From an uncultured Chloroflexia bacterium (GTDB lineage: Bacteria > Chloroflexota > Limnocylindria > QHBO01), in contig CAWIXR010000001.1 in the NCBI GenBank assembly GCA_963840145.1, positions 42,327 to 106,326 of the forward strand: 64,000 bases of DNA, written 5' to 3'. Position numbers and translations under genes: made by a program. This document shows, piece by piece, positions 46,754 through 58,100 of the stretch (positions within the stretch are counted from its first letter, which is position 1; each line of letters starts with the position of its first letter). Under the pieces are notes generated by a model. That model made no database searches. It worked only from the letters and a program-made list of their open reading frames with translations, and was not told where the DNA came from.

Positions 46754-48274
46754 ATGTCCGTCAGGGTAGACGAAGCCCCACAAGAGGGCATCACCGACGA
46801 GGTCGCGACGCCGCTCTCCGGCGAGGCGCGGGGGCGCGCGTCTCCCAGATGGTTCGGGGCTGCGCGCAGCACCCGCACGAGGATCCTGGCCTCCTACGTC
46901 GTCCTTCTCGCTCTATCCGTCATCATCGGCCTGGTCGGTCTCCGCGAGGTCCTGCTGATCAGCCTCAACGACCGCGTCCAGGAGGACCTCGAGCAGGAGG
47001 TCACCGAGCTCGACCGGCTCGCGACCGAAGGCAACGACCCGCAGACCGGCCAGCCCTTCGACAGCCTGGAGCGCGTCTTCGAGGTCTTCCTCTTCCGCAA
47101 CCTGCCTGGCAACGGTGAGGCACTGCTGACGTTCGTCGAGGGCCAGCAAACCGATCGCAACGTCGAGCAGTTCCCGCTCGAGACCTTTCCTGCGGAGCGG
47201 CTGGCCGAGTGGGAAAGCCTGAGCGAGCCCAGCGGTGGCATCAGCCGCGTCGTCGTCGACAGCTACGGCACCGAGATCGGCGACGTCCACTACCACGCGG
47301 CGCGCGTCCGGCTCGGCGACGAGGTCGGCTCGTTCGTCGTCGCCATCCTCCCGGCCAGCGAGCTCGTCGTCATCGAGGAGCTTCAGACCTATGGTCTGCT
47401 GGCAGCGCTCGGCGTCCTCCTCATCAGCTCGATCGCGGCCTACTTCCTGGCTGGGCGGGTCCTGCGGCCGGTGCAGGAGCTGACCGATACCGCACGCTCG
47501 ATCTCCCAGTCCGACCTGACCCGGCGGATCAGCGCGAGCGGGGGTGACGAGGCCTCCGAGATGGCGCGAAGCTTCAACGCGATGCTCGACCGGCTCGAGG
47601 CCGTGATGCGCAGCCAGCGCGAGTTCGTCCACGACGCCAGCCATGAGCTGCGCGACCCGCTCACGATCATCGGCGGCCACCTCGAGCTCCTCAGCGAGGA
47701 GCCGGAGGAACGCGACGCGACGATCGCGCTGGTCGTCGATGAGCTCGACCGAATGGCCCGCATCGTCGACGACCTCCAGCTCCTGGCCGATGCCCAGCAG
47801 CCCGACTTCCTGCGCCCGACGTGGATCGACATGGAGCCGTTCACCAACGAGTTGATCGCCAAGGCCGCGGCGATGGCGCCCCGGACGTGGGAGCTGGACG
47901 GCGCAGCCGATGCCGAGGCGTTCGTCGACCGCCACCGCCTCACCGAGGCAGTCATGAACCTGGTCCACAACGCCGTGCAGCACACCGTCGGGCACGACAC
48001 GATCGCCATCGGCTCGTCGGTGGCCGGCGGCGAGATCCGGCTCTGGGTCCGCGACACCGGCTTCGGCATTGCCGAGTCCGACCAGGCCCGGGTCTTCGAT
48101 CGGTTCCGGCGCGGGCGCAGCGCCCACCGGCGCTACCGCGGCAGCGGCCTCGGCCTGGCGATCGTGCGGACGATCGCCGAGTCCCACAATGGCCACATCG
48201 AGCTGATCAGCAAGCTCGGCGAGGGGTCGACGTTCACGATGGTGCTGCCGGCCCGGGCGGGAGGCGCGAGGTGA
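46754..48274 (+). CDS. two-component sensor histidine kinase (TM sensor, HAMP, HisKA, HATPase_c)
   Basis: MSVRVDEAPQEG… preceded by GAAGGGGGGTGAT. H-box HELRDPLT; N/G-box region …RDTGFGIAESDQARVFDRF…GSGLGLAIV…. Confidence 0.88.
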   Translation: MSVRVDEAPQEGITDEVATPLSGEARGRASPRWFGAARSTRTRILASYVVLLALSVIIGLVGLREVLLISLNDRVQEDLEQEVTELDRLATEGNDPQTGQPFDSLERVFEVFLFRNLPGNGEALLTFVEGQQTDRNVEQFPLETFPAERLAEWESLSEPSGGISRVVVDSYGTEIGDVHYHAARVRLGDEVGSFVVAILPASELVVIEELQTYGLLAALGVLLISSIAAYFLAGRVLRPVQELTDTARSISQSDLTRRISASGGDEASEMARSFNAMLDRLEAVMRSQREFVHDASHELRDPLTIIGGHLELLSEEPEERDATIALVVDELDRMARIVDDLQLLADAQQPDFLRPTWIDMEPFTNELIAKAAAMAPRTWELDGAADAEAFVDRHRLTEAVMNLVHNAVQHTVGHDTIAIGSSVAGGEIRLWVRDTGFGIAESDQARVFDRFRRGRSAHRRYRGSGLGLAIVRTIAESHNGHIELISKLGEGSTFTMVLPARAGGAR

Positions 48275-48930
48275 CGCGCATCCTGATCGCCGAGGACGAC
48301 GGCCTGATCAGCTCGTTCATCGACAAGGGCCTGCGGGCCAGCGGCTTCTCGACGCTGATCGCCAGCGACGGCGAGGAGGCCGAGCAGTACGGGATGACCG
48401 ACGAGTTCGACCTCATCATCCTGGACATGGGCCTCCCCGAGCGCGACGGCCTCCAGGTCCTGAAGTCGCTGCGCGCGCGCGGTAAGCAGATGCCGATCCT
48501 CATCCTCACCGGGCGGCCCGAGCGCGACGTCGTGACCTGCCTCGACGCCGGCGCCGACGACTACATGCGCAAGCCCTTCCGTTTCGAGGAGCTGCTTGCC
48601 CGCGTCCGTACCAGGCTGCGCGACCGCGGCTCGCGAGAGTCGTCGGCCCTGACGGTCGGACAGGTGCACCTCGACCTTCGGACCCGCCGCGTGACGATCG
48701 ACGACCGCGTGGTCGACCTGACCGCCCGCGAGTTCAGCCTGCTCGAGACGCTCCTCCGGCATCCGGACCAGGTTCTGAGCCGGGAGCAGCTGCTATCCCA
48801 GGTGTGGGGCTACTTCTTCGACCCCACCTCGAACCTCGTCAACGTTTACGTCAACGCGCTGCGGCGGAAGCTCGGCGCCGACGTCATCGAGACGGTCCGC
48901 GGCGCGGGGTATCGGCTGCCGAAGCGCTGA
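48271..48930 (+). CDS. OmpR/PhoB-family response regulator
   Basis: VTRILIAEDDGLI…DLIILDMGLPERDG… receiver domain, then a winged-helix domain (…LTAREFSLLETLL…GYRL). GTG start overlaps the HK TGA. Confidence 0.92.
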   Translation: MTRILIAEDDGLISSFIDKGLRASGFSTLIASDGEEAEQYGMTDEFDLIILDMGLPERDGLQVLKSLRARGKQMPILILTGRPERDVVTCLDAGADDYMRKPFRFEELLARVRTRLRDRGSRESSALTVGQVHLDLRTRRVTIDDRVVDLTAREFSLLETLLRHPDQVLSREQLLSQVWGYFFDPTSNLVNVYVNALRRKLGADVIETVRGAGYRLPKR

Positions 48931-49118
48931 TCGGTCCGATCGCGGACGGTGCGCGGACGCACCGTGCCGGAGTTCAATTGTAAGGACGTTCTCACGAAAC
49001 CCTTACCGCTGACTGATGGCGCCCTTACCGAATCCTGATCGCTGACCACGAATGTCAGCGTGTGCTGAAATCATCCTCACCCCGACCCGTCCAGCTGCCG
49101 GACGTCACGCGCATCGGC

Positions 49119-52100
49119 GTGATCGTCCGGGAGCTCCTCCGCCGTGCAGGAACGTCCCCTACCGCGGCACTGGAGGTCGGGGCTGATTCGAGCTGCCTGC
49201 TTTCCGATTGCGGGCGCCCGCTGACTTCGGCTGACGACAGCTACTGCAGCCGAGCCTGTCTGCGGCGCGCGGGTCGCATCGCGCAGGCCGCCGAGCTGGC
49301 GGGACAGAGCTGCGCCAGGGACGGCTGCGAGAACCTCTTCGACGCCCGCACGAGCGGTCACCGCTTCTGCAGCAGCGCGTGTGGGATCGAGGCCCGCCGG
49401 ACCGATCGGGCACCATGGACCCACGGCCTGACGGCCGCCCCCACTCGCCTTCCCGCCAACATCCCAGCCCCCGGCCTCGTCGCCGGGGGCGTTGCACGTC
49501 TCGGCCGCGGCGCGACGCAGGTCGGTGCCGCGATCGCCGCGGGGACGGCCGCCATTGCGCGGCCCATCCGATCGGGCGTCTCGCGCGCCGGCACCGTCCT
49601 CGTTGCGGCCACGCGTCCGGTCCGGGCCGGGGTCAGTCGCGCACTGGGCCCGATTGCCCGGCGCCTCGAGCCGGTGGTGAGCCCGGTGCGCCGGTGGCTC
49701 GGAGCCCTGTACGCCAGGACGGCGCCGGCCAGGGCCGTCATCGGCCGACCACTCAGCCTTGCATGGCGCCGCACACCGCGGCGCGTTCGTGTGCCTGGCG
49801 CCCTTCTCGTCGCGACCGCATCGGTCATGGTGCTCGTGCTCTCCTTCGCGGCCGCGTCGGACTTCACCGTCAACGACACGAGCGACCGCGTCGACGCGGT
49901 CGTCGGCAATGGCGTCTGCGACGTCAACACCAGCACGTCCGGCAGCCAGTGCACCCTGCGCGCCGCCATCCAGGAGGCGAATGCGCACCCCGGCCACGAC
50001 AAGATCACGATCGAGCCGGGCCTCTACCAGCTCGCGATCCCGCCGATCAACGAGAACGCCGCGAACGTCGGCGACTTCGAGCTCCTCGACACGGTGACCA
50101 TCGAGAAGCAATGGTTCACCCTCGGCGACGTCATCATCGACGGCGGCAATCCCCTGCCGAGCGCGCCGGTCATCGCCCGCGGCATCGACCGCCTCTTCGA
50201 GGTCCACCCCGGCGCCGGTGACGTCACCATGCGCGACGTCACCCTCCAGAACGGCTTCAGCCCCGAAGAGGGCGGCGCGATCCAGAACTGGTCGCTCGGC
50301 AAGCTGACCCTCGACGGCGTGACAGTCCGCGACAACTTCGCCGAGAAGGCCGGCGGCGGCCTCAACCATGGCGACCTCAACGACTACGAGTGGGCCACCG
50401 ATCCGCCGAACCTCGACCTGCTGCCCCACGGGCGCGTCGAGGTCATCGACTCGTTCTTCACCGGCAACGGCTCGGCCGGCGGCAGCGGTGCCGCCATCAA
50501 CAACGTGTCGGGCGGCACGATCACGATCACCGGCAGCACGTTCACCCTGAACCCCGGCGCGATCATGCCGGACCCGCTCGACCCTGAGGAGTTCCTCCTC
50601 GTCGACCCGGCCGACTACCCGCTCGACGCCAGCACGATCGCCAACCAGGCCCGCTGGGAGAAGGTCGGCACGCTGCGGATCAGCAACTCGACGATCTCGC
50701 TGAACGCGGCCGAGGGCAACGGCGCCGGCATCCTCAACGAGGGCGACAGCATCGTCGAGCTCGCGAACGTCGTCCTGACCCAGAACCGCACCGGCGCCAG
50801 CGGCGGCGGCCTCTACACCGAGGGCGGCAAGGTCACGATCACCGGCGGCACGGTCTCAAAGAACCAGGCGGCGAACGGCGGCGGCCTCTACGGCGGCGGC
50901 CATGTCTCGCAGTTCGGCCTCCGCGGGACGTTCACGTTGTCGGGCGTCCAGGTCGCCGACAATATCGCCGAGAACGGCGGCGGCCTGTACAACGACGGCG
51001 ACGCCCACATGGTCGTGACCAACACGACCTTCGCGCGCAACCACTCGTCCGACCACGGCGGCGCGCTCGTCAGCGATGGCCGCGCCAGCCTTCTGCTCAG
51101 CCACGTCACGGTCACGGCCAACACCTCGAACGGCGAGGGCGGCGGCATCTGGCTGCACAGCGAGCGGATGCAGACGATCGCCGACTCGACGGTCACGCTC
51201 AACAGGGCGGGCGTCCCGGTCGTCGAGGAGGACGGCACGCTGAGCGACGACATCGCCGGCGGTGGCGGCATCCACACCGATGGCGGCCCGACGACGATCC
51301 TGCGCACCCTCATCGACAGCAACGAGGCGAATGATGAGGGCGGCGGACTCAGCCTCAACAACGCGGGCGACCTCCTGATCGCGGACAGCACGATCTCGAA
51401 CAACCGGGCATTCGACGGCGGCGGCATGGAGAACAGCGCTCGGGAGGTGACCTTCGAGCGGCTCACGGTCACCGGCAACCGTGCGGCCTCGGCCGGCGGC
51501 GGCATCCACAACACCTCGAGCGGCGAGTTCTTCATCCTCGACACGACGGTCCGCGGCAACACCGCCCAGATCGGCGGCGGGCTTGCCAACGCGCCGGACA
51601 ACAGGATCACGATCCGCGGCTCGCTCTTCCTCAATAACACGGCGCGCCTGGGGACGCCCGGCGAGGACGGCGAGCTGCCCGAGGAGGCCGGCTACGGCGG
51701 CGGCATCATGAGCTACGCCGACGGCGACTCGCTCATCGAGAACACCACGATCTCCGGCAACAAGGCCGCGGTGGCCGGCGGCGGCCTGTTCCACGACGCC
51801 GACGGCGAGCTGCGCATCGTGCACACCACGGTCTGGCGCAACTCGGCGCCGGCCGGCGGCGGCATCGGCGTCAAGGAATCCGACTTCGTGCCCGACATCC
51901 CGCCGAAGACGAACGAGGCCGTCGTCCTGAAGAACTCGATCGTCGGCGGCAGCATCCGCGGCGGCAACTGCGACTGGTACATCCGGTCGGAGGGCGGCAA
52001 CCTCGAGAGTGGCGGCGTCAACACCTGCTTCCTGGCCGTCACCCACGAGACGGCGCAGAGCCCGATTGAGCTCGGCGTCCGCGACCGCCGCGGCGACCCG

Positions 52101-55100
52101 AAGCTGCTGGCCATCGCCGACAACGGCGGGCCGACCCTGACCCACGCGCTCCTGTACGGCAGCCTCGCCATCGACTCGAGCCCCGAGCCGTGCTCGGTCG
52201 ACGACCAGCGCGGCGTCGAGCGCCCCGCGCCGAACGACACGGTCCATGACGAGATGAACCGATGCGACGCCGGCGCCTACGAGTTCGTCGGTCCGCCGCC
52301 GCCGTACGACAACGTCGCCCCCGAGACGATCTTCAACTACCCCGAGGACGGTCCTGTCCAGGATTCCCTCGAGACGATGGCGTTCACCTTCCGCGGCGAG
52401 GATCCCGCGGTCGACGCGAACAACGTCCCGGTCAACTTCACCTCGCCCGATGAGCTGAACTTCGAGTGCCGCTTCCTCGAGATCGAGCTGACCGAGGAGC
52501 CCGAGCCCGTTCCGCCGTGGGAGCCGACGCCGCCCGAGGAGATGTGGAACGGCTGCTCGAGCCCGTGGTCCGTGCCGCTGACCGAGGAAGGTCTCTTCCG
52601 CCTGGAGATCCGGGCGATCGACCGCGCCGACAACATGGACGAGACGCCGGTCAGCGTGATCATCAGCGACGTCGGCCTGGAGCCGCCCGACACCCAGATC
52701 GTCGAGGCGCCCGGCCTGACCCCCGGCACCGTCGTGCCGCCCGCTCCGGCGGAGACGCCGCAGACCAACAGCCGCGCCGCACTGTTCAGCTTCCGCGCGG
52801 TGAGCGACTTCACCCCGTCGCAGTTCGCCGAGTACGAGTGCCGCCTCGACAGCCGCGACCCGGAGCAGTGGCTCGAATGCTTCAACCCCGTGATGTACTC
52901 CGACCTGACCACGGGCCTGCACACCTTCGAGGTGCGCGCCATCGGCACCGAGCTCGGCGGCCCCGATCCGACGCCGGCCCGGTACACCTGGCGCGTCGGC
53001 CCGGATCCGGCCGGCGGAGTGCCGTTCAGCTGCGATGAGGCGAACATCACCCTGACGCCCAACGCCGACGGCTGGGCGGACCAGGTCAACCCGCTCGAGA
53101 ACTACAAGTTCGAGACGGAGCTCGACGTCCGGTCCGAGGCCAATGTGCCCGAGTCCGGCCCGACCGAGCACCGGAACGCGCGGGCCTTCATCCGCTTCGC
53201 GCTCCAGGCTGACACCGACTGCGAGCTGCAGTCGGCCACGCTGCGCATGTTCTCCGAGGGCCACACCGAGGGACGAACCCTCGTCGCGGTTCCGCTCGCC
53301 GGGCCGTTCAAGGAGAGCACGCTCACCTGGGTCAGCGCGCCGCTCGAGGTCCCGGGCGCCGTCCCGGCGCCGGTCCCCGCGGGCGAGGGCTATCGCGACT
53401 TCGACGTCACCGACCACGTGAGGGACATCCTCGCCGGCACACTGGTGAACCATGGCTGGCTCATCCGCGACGCGGTGGAGTCCGATCCCGAGGGCGGCGA
53501 CCAGACCTTCGCGTCACGCGAGCTGCCACAGGATCCGCCGGAGATCACCCTGCCTGAGCTCGAGCTGCGCTTCGCGCCGGTCGCAAGCCCGCCGCCGGCC
53601 GAGCGTGACCAGACGCTCGTCGACAAGTACGTCGAGTGCGGTGAGGTCATCACCGAGAGCGTTCGGCTCCTGGGCGACGTGACCGGCTGCCTCACCGAGG
53701 GCATCGCCATCGGCGCCCCGAACATCATCCTCGACCTGAACGGCAAGATCGTCTCGAGCGGCTTCATCCTTGAGCCGGGCGAGGAGGACAACCTCACGCC
53801 GGGCATCCGCAGCGGATACCCGAACGTCGAGATCCGCAACGGCACCGTCACGAACTTCGGCTACGGCATCCTGCTCGGTCCTGGGTCGGTGCACAGCGAA
53901 GTCCACCACATGACCCTGACCCGCAACGCCCTGACCGGCCTGCAGCTGTTCGACGCCGATAACGGGCGCCTCGGCAACACGGTCCGCGACAGCACGTTCG
54001 ACTCGAACGGCGAGACGGGCCTGCAGCTGATGAGCGGCACCGAGGGCAGCCTCATCGAGAACAACTTCTTCATCAGCAACGGGATGTCGATCCACCTCTT
54101 CGACTCCCACCGCAACACGATCCGCAACAACACGATCAGCGGGATCATCCTCGACCCGACCCTCGACTCCGACGCCGGAATCGTGGTCGAGAACGGCTCG
54201 CGCGATAACGTCCTGATCGACAACGACGTCAGCGAAACCGGTGACGCCGGCATTGTCATCCACCAGGGCTCGCACGGGAACACCGTCGTCGGCGGCATCC
54301 TCGTCCGGAACGGCGACGCCGGCGTGATCGTCCAGGATTCGGACCGCATCACGGTCGACGGCGTCCTCGCCCACCAGCAGTCGGACGGCGGCGTCGTGCT
54401 GTCGAACTCGAGCAACAGCGTCGTCAAGAACAGCGACCTGGGCTACAACCCCTCCGGCGTCGACGCATCGGGCGTGAACAACCTGCTCGTCTACAACAAC
54501 GACGTGTCGCACTCGCTCCAGGCCGGCATCGAGCTCGGCGAGGGTGTGAACATGGTCGTCACCTGCAACACGGCCAACCTGAGCGGCGGCAGCGGCATCT
54601 CGATCGAGGGCGCCACGTTCGACTCGCTGGGCGTCGCCGTCGGCGGCGCCCTGGTCACGGGCAACACGGCCAACGAGAACGCCGAGTCCGGCCTCTCGAT
54701 CGCCGTCGGCCGCCACCGGGTCGGTGGTCCGGTCATCTGCCCGGGTGGCGAGGTCATCGGCAACAACGCGAACAACAACGCCGGCTACGGCATCGACGCC
54801 GGCGAGGACCCCGTTCCGGGCGAGCCGCTCGACCCGAACCGCAACATCGACGGCGGCGGGAACCGCGCGAGCGGCAACCACGCCGACGTCGGCGTGGCCG
54901 TCGGCCTGCCGGACGCCATCCAGTGCGTGGGCGTGGTCTGCGCCGCCGGCGACGACGTGCCGATGACGCCTGAGGACCTCACCGCGCCCGAGACGATCCT
55001 TCTCGCCGGCCCGGTCGGCTCGATCCTTCCGCTGCCCGCGGGCGTTTCCACGAACAGCGAGCGCGCCGTCTTCGAGTTCACCGGCAACGACGGCCCGCAG

Positions 55101-58100
55101 GGCGACGCCCCCACCGCGCTCATCTTCGAGTGCCGCGTGGACGCGCCGCCGGATCCGGTGATCATCGAGGAGCCTGAGCTCGAGCCGCCCGATCCGGGCG
55201 AGCCGCCGGAGCTGCCCGAGCCGCCCGAGGGCGAGTTCTGGGTCGCGTGCTCCAGCCCGCTCACCTACCTGGCCCTCGAGTCCTCGATGACGCACACCTT
55301 CGAGGTGCGAGCCGTCGACCAGGCCGGGAACTTCGACCTGACCCCGATCACGTACACGTGGACGATCGAGGCTGGCGTCGAGGAGGACGGCAGCGAGGAG
55401 TGCCTGCTCGGCGAGCCGATCAGCGACACGTGCTCCGTCCTCGGGCAGGCGCCCGACACGCGGATCAGCGCCGCCCCGGGCGAGCTGATCACCGATGAGG
55501 CCGGCACCCGCTACGACACCACGAACCGCTCGGCCACGTTCCGGTTCACCGGCAGCGACAACGTCACCGCCGGGTACAACCTGGCCTACGAGTGCCGCAC
55601 CTGGTACAGCGAGCTCAACGACGCGCTCACGCCGGCGGACATCCCCTCCGACGTCGACTTCGTCCCGTGCGAGTCGCCGAAGCAGTACATCGAGCTTCCA
55701 TACGGCGGCCACATCTTCGAAGTGCGCGCGACCGATCGCGGCGGCAACACCGACGCGGAGCCTGCCTGGCACGCCTGGTGGGTCCATCCCCCGCCGCCCG
55801 ACACGACGCCTCCGGACACGGAGATCCAGTCGGGTCCCGATCCGATCACCGTGCGGACGAACGCCACGTTCACCTTCACGGGAAGCGACAACCAGACGCC
55901 GACCGGCGACCTGCTCTTCGAGTGCCGCCTCGACGGCGCGATGGATCCGCTCGCCCCGGCCGTGCCGCTATGGACCCTGTGCACCTCCGGTCACGTCGTC
56001 AACGGCCTCACCCCGGGCGATCACGTCCTGCAGGTCCGCGCCAAGGACCAGAGCGGCAACGTGGACGACGTCAACGGGCTGGTCGACGCCACCGTGACCC
56101 CTGGGGAGATGGATCCCAGCGACGGCGTGCCCGCCGCCTACACCTGGACGGTCGGCCCGACGCCGATCGCAAGGACGGTCTTCTGCGGCCAGAAGATCAC
56201 GATCAGCATCGTGCTCAACAACAACCTGGGCGATTGCATCGGCCATGGCCTGATCATCGGTGCCAACAACATCACGATCGACCTGAACGGCAAGACGATC
56301 GACGGCAAGTCGATCGGTGCGGCCATCCTGAACAACGGCTACGACTCGGTCACGATCCGCAACGGCCGACTCACCGACTTCGACTACGGCGTCATGCTCA
56401 ACAACGGCGCCCAGAACAACATCGTCGAGGGAATCACCGTCGACCTCGCCCAGGAAGCCGGCATCAGCCTCGGCCACGGCACCTTCCCGGAGGATCCGAC
56501 ACTGGCACCCAGTGAGCCCGTGCCCGGATACCAGTCCGGCGTCGACAACACGATCCTGCGTGGCAACACCATCGTCTCGAACAAGCGCGGCGTGTGGCTG
56601 GTGAACGGTGCCCGCGACAACGTCGTGCGCGGCAACCTCATCGGCGCCACGAGTGGCCCGGCCGTGTTCATCGAGCGCGCCACGGCCACCCTCGTCGAGA
56701 GCAACGACATCCAGGTCTCCAGCGACGCCGGCGTCCTGCTTGAGGGCGCGACCAACAACGTCATCCGCAACAACACGATCGCCGAGGCCGGCACCGGCGT
56801 CGAGATCAGCGACACGACGTCCGGGCCGACGGTCGGCATCGAGTCGAGCGACAACGTCGTCCAGGGCAACCACATCAGCGAGACGAGCGGTGCCGCCGTG
56901 GATATCGTCCACTCGCGCCGCAACCAGATCCTCGACAACGTCGGCACGCTGACGAACTCCGACGCGATCGAGCTGTTCTACGGGTTCGACAACGTGATCA
57001 AGGGCAACGACGTCCGTGGCAACAAGGGCGGCATCAGCCTGAAGAACTCGACCGGCAACACGATCGAGGCCAACAACACCAGCAACTCGGATGGGACGGG
57101 AATCTCGCTCGAGTCGCAGTCGTTCGCCAACGTGATCGTCAACAACATCTCGAACAACAACGTCGGCGGCGGCATCTACATCGGTGACGAGACGCCGGCC
57201 GGCCAGGGAACCCTCGTCCAAGGCAACACCACGAACGGGAACAAGGAAGCCGGCATCAAGGCAACGAAGCCGGCCCACATCTTCAAGGACAACGTCTCGT
57301 TCGACAACGACAGCTGGGGCATCTACGTCGGCGACCCGTCGAACGGGCGCGCCAACATCGACGGCGGCGGCAACCGCGCGCAGGGCAACCTCGGCCCACT
57401 CGGCATCGACCTGAAGCCGCAGCAGTGCTACAACATCACCTGCCTCGGCGGCGAGGGCGGCGGCGACGGGATCCCGCCGAACACGAACATCCTCGAGGGA
57501 CCGATCCAGCCTGTCAGCAGCGAGAGCCTCGCCACCTTCCGCTTCAGCGGCGCCGACAACGCCAGCCCGGTTACCTTCGAGTGCCGCTTTGACAGCGCCC
57601 TCGAGACCGCCTGGGAGGCCTGCGCCAGCCCGAAGACCTACACGAACCTCGTCAACGACACGTACACCTTCGAGGTGCGCGCCGTCGACTTCTCCGGCAA
57701 CACCGATGAGACGCCCGCCAGCTACACGTTCGCCGTGGAGCTTGGCGACTTCGAGGCCTTCATCGACGCGAGCCCGGACAGGGCGACCGTCGAGACGAGC
57801 GCGACCTTCGAGTTCTCGTCCAACCGCCAGAGCGGTGTCACCTTCCAGTGCCTGCTCGTCGACCCGCTGACCGTCCTCACGACGGCGACGTGGGCTGCAG
57901 CGCCTGTCTGCACCTCACCGATCAGCTACACCGATCTCGCGGTCGGCGGCCACGAGTTCTGGCTGCGCGCGACCGGTCCGTCGGACGCCTACAGCACGAA
58001 GATGTACGCCTGGACCATCGGTCCTGCGCCCGTCCCGGCCGAGGTCTCGTGCGGCCAGGTCCTCATGCAGAGCACGCGCGTGCTCAACGACCTCGTCGAC

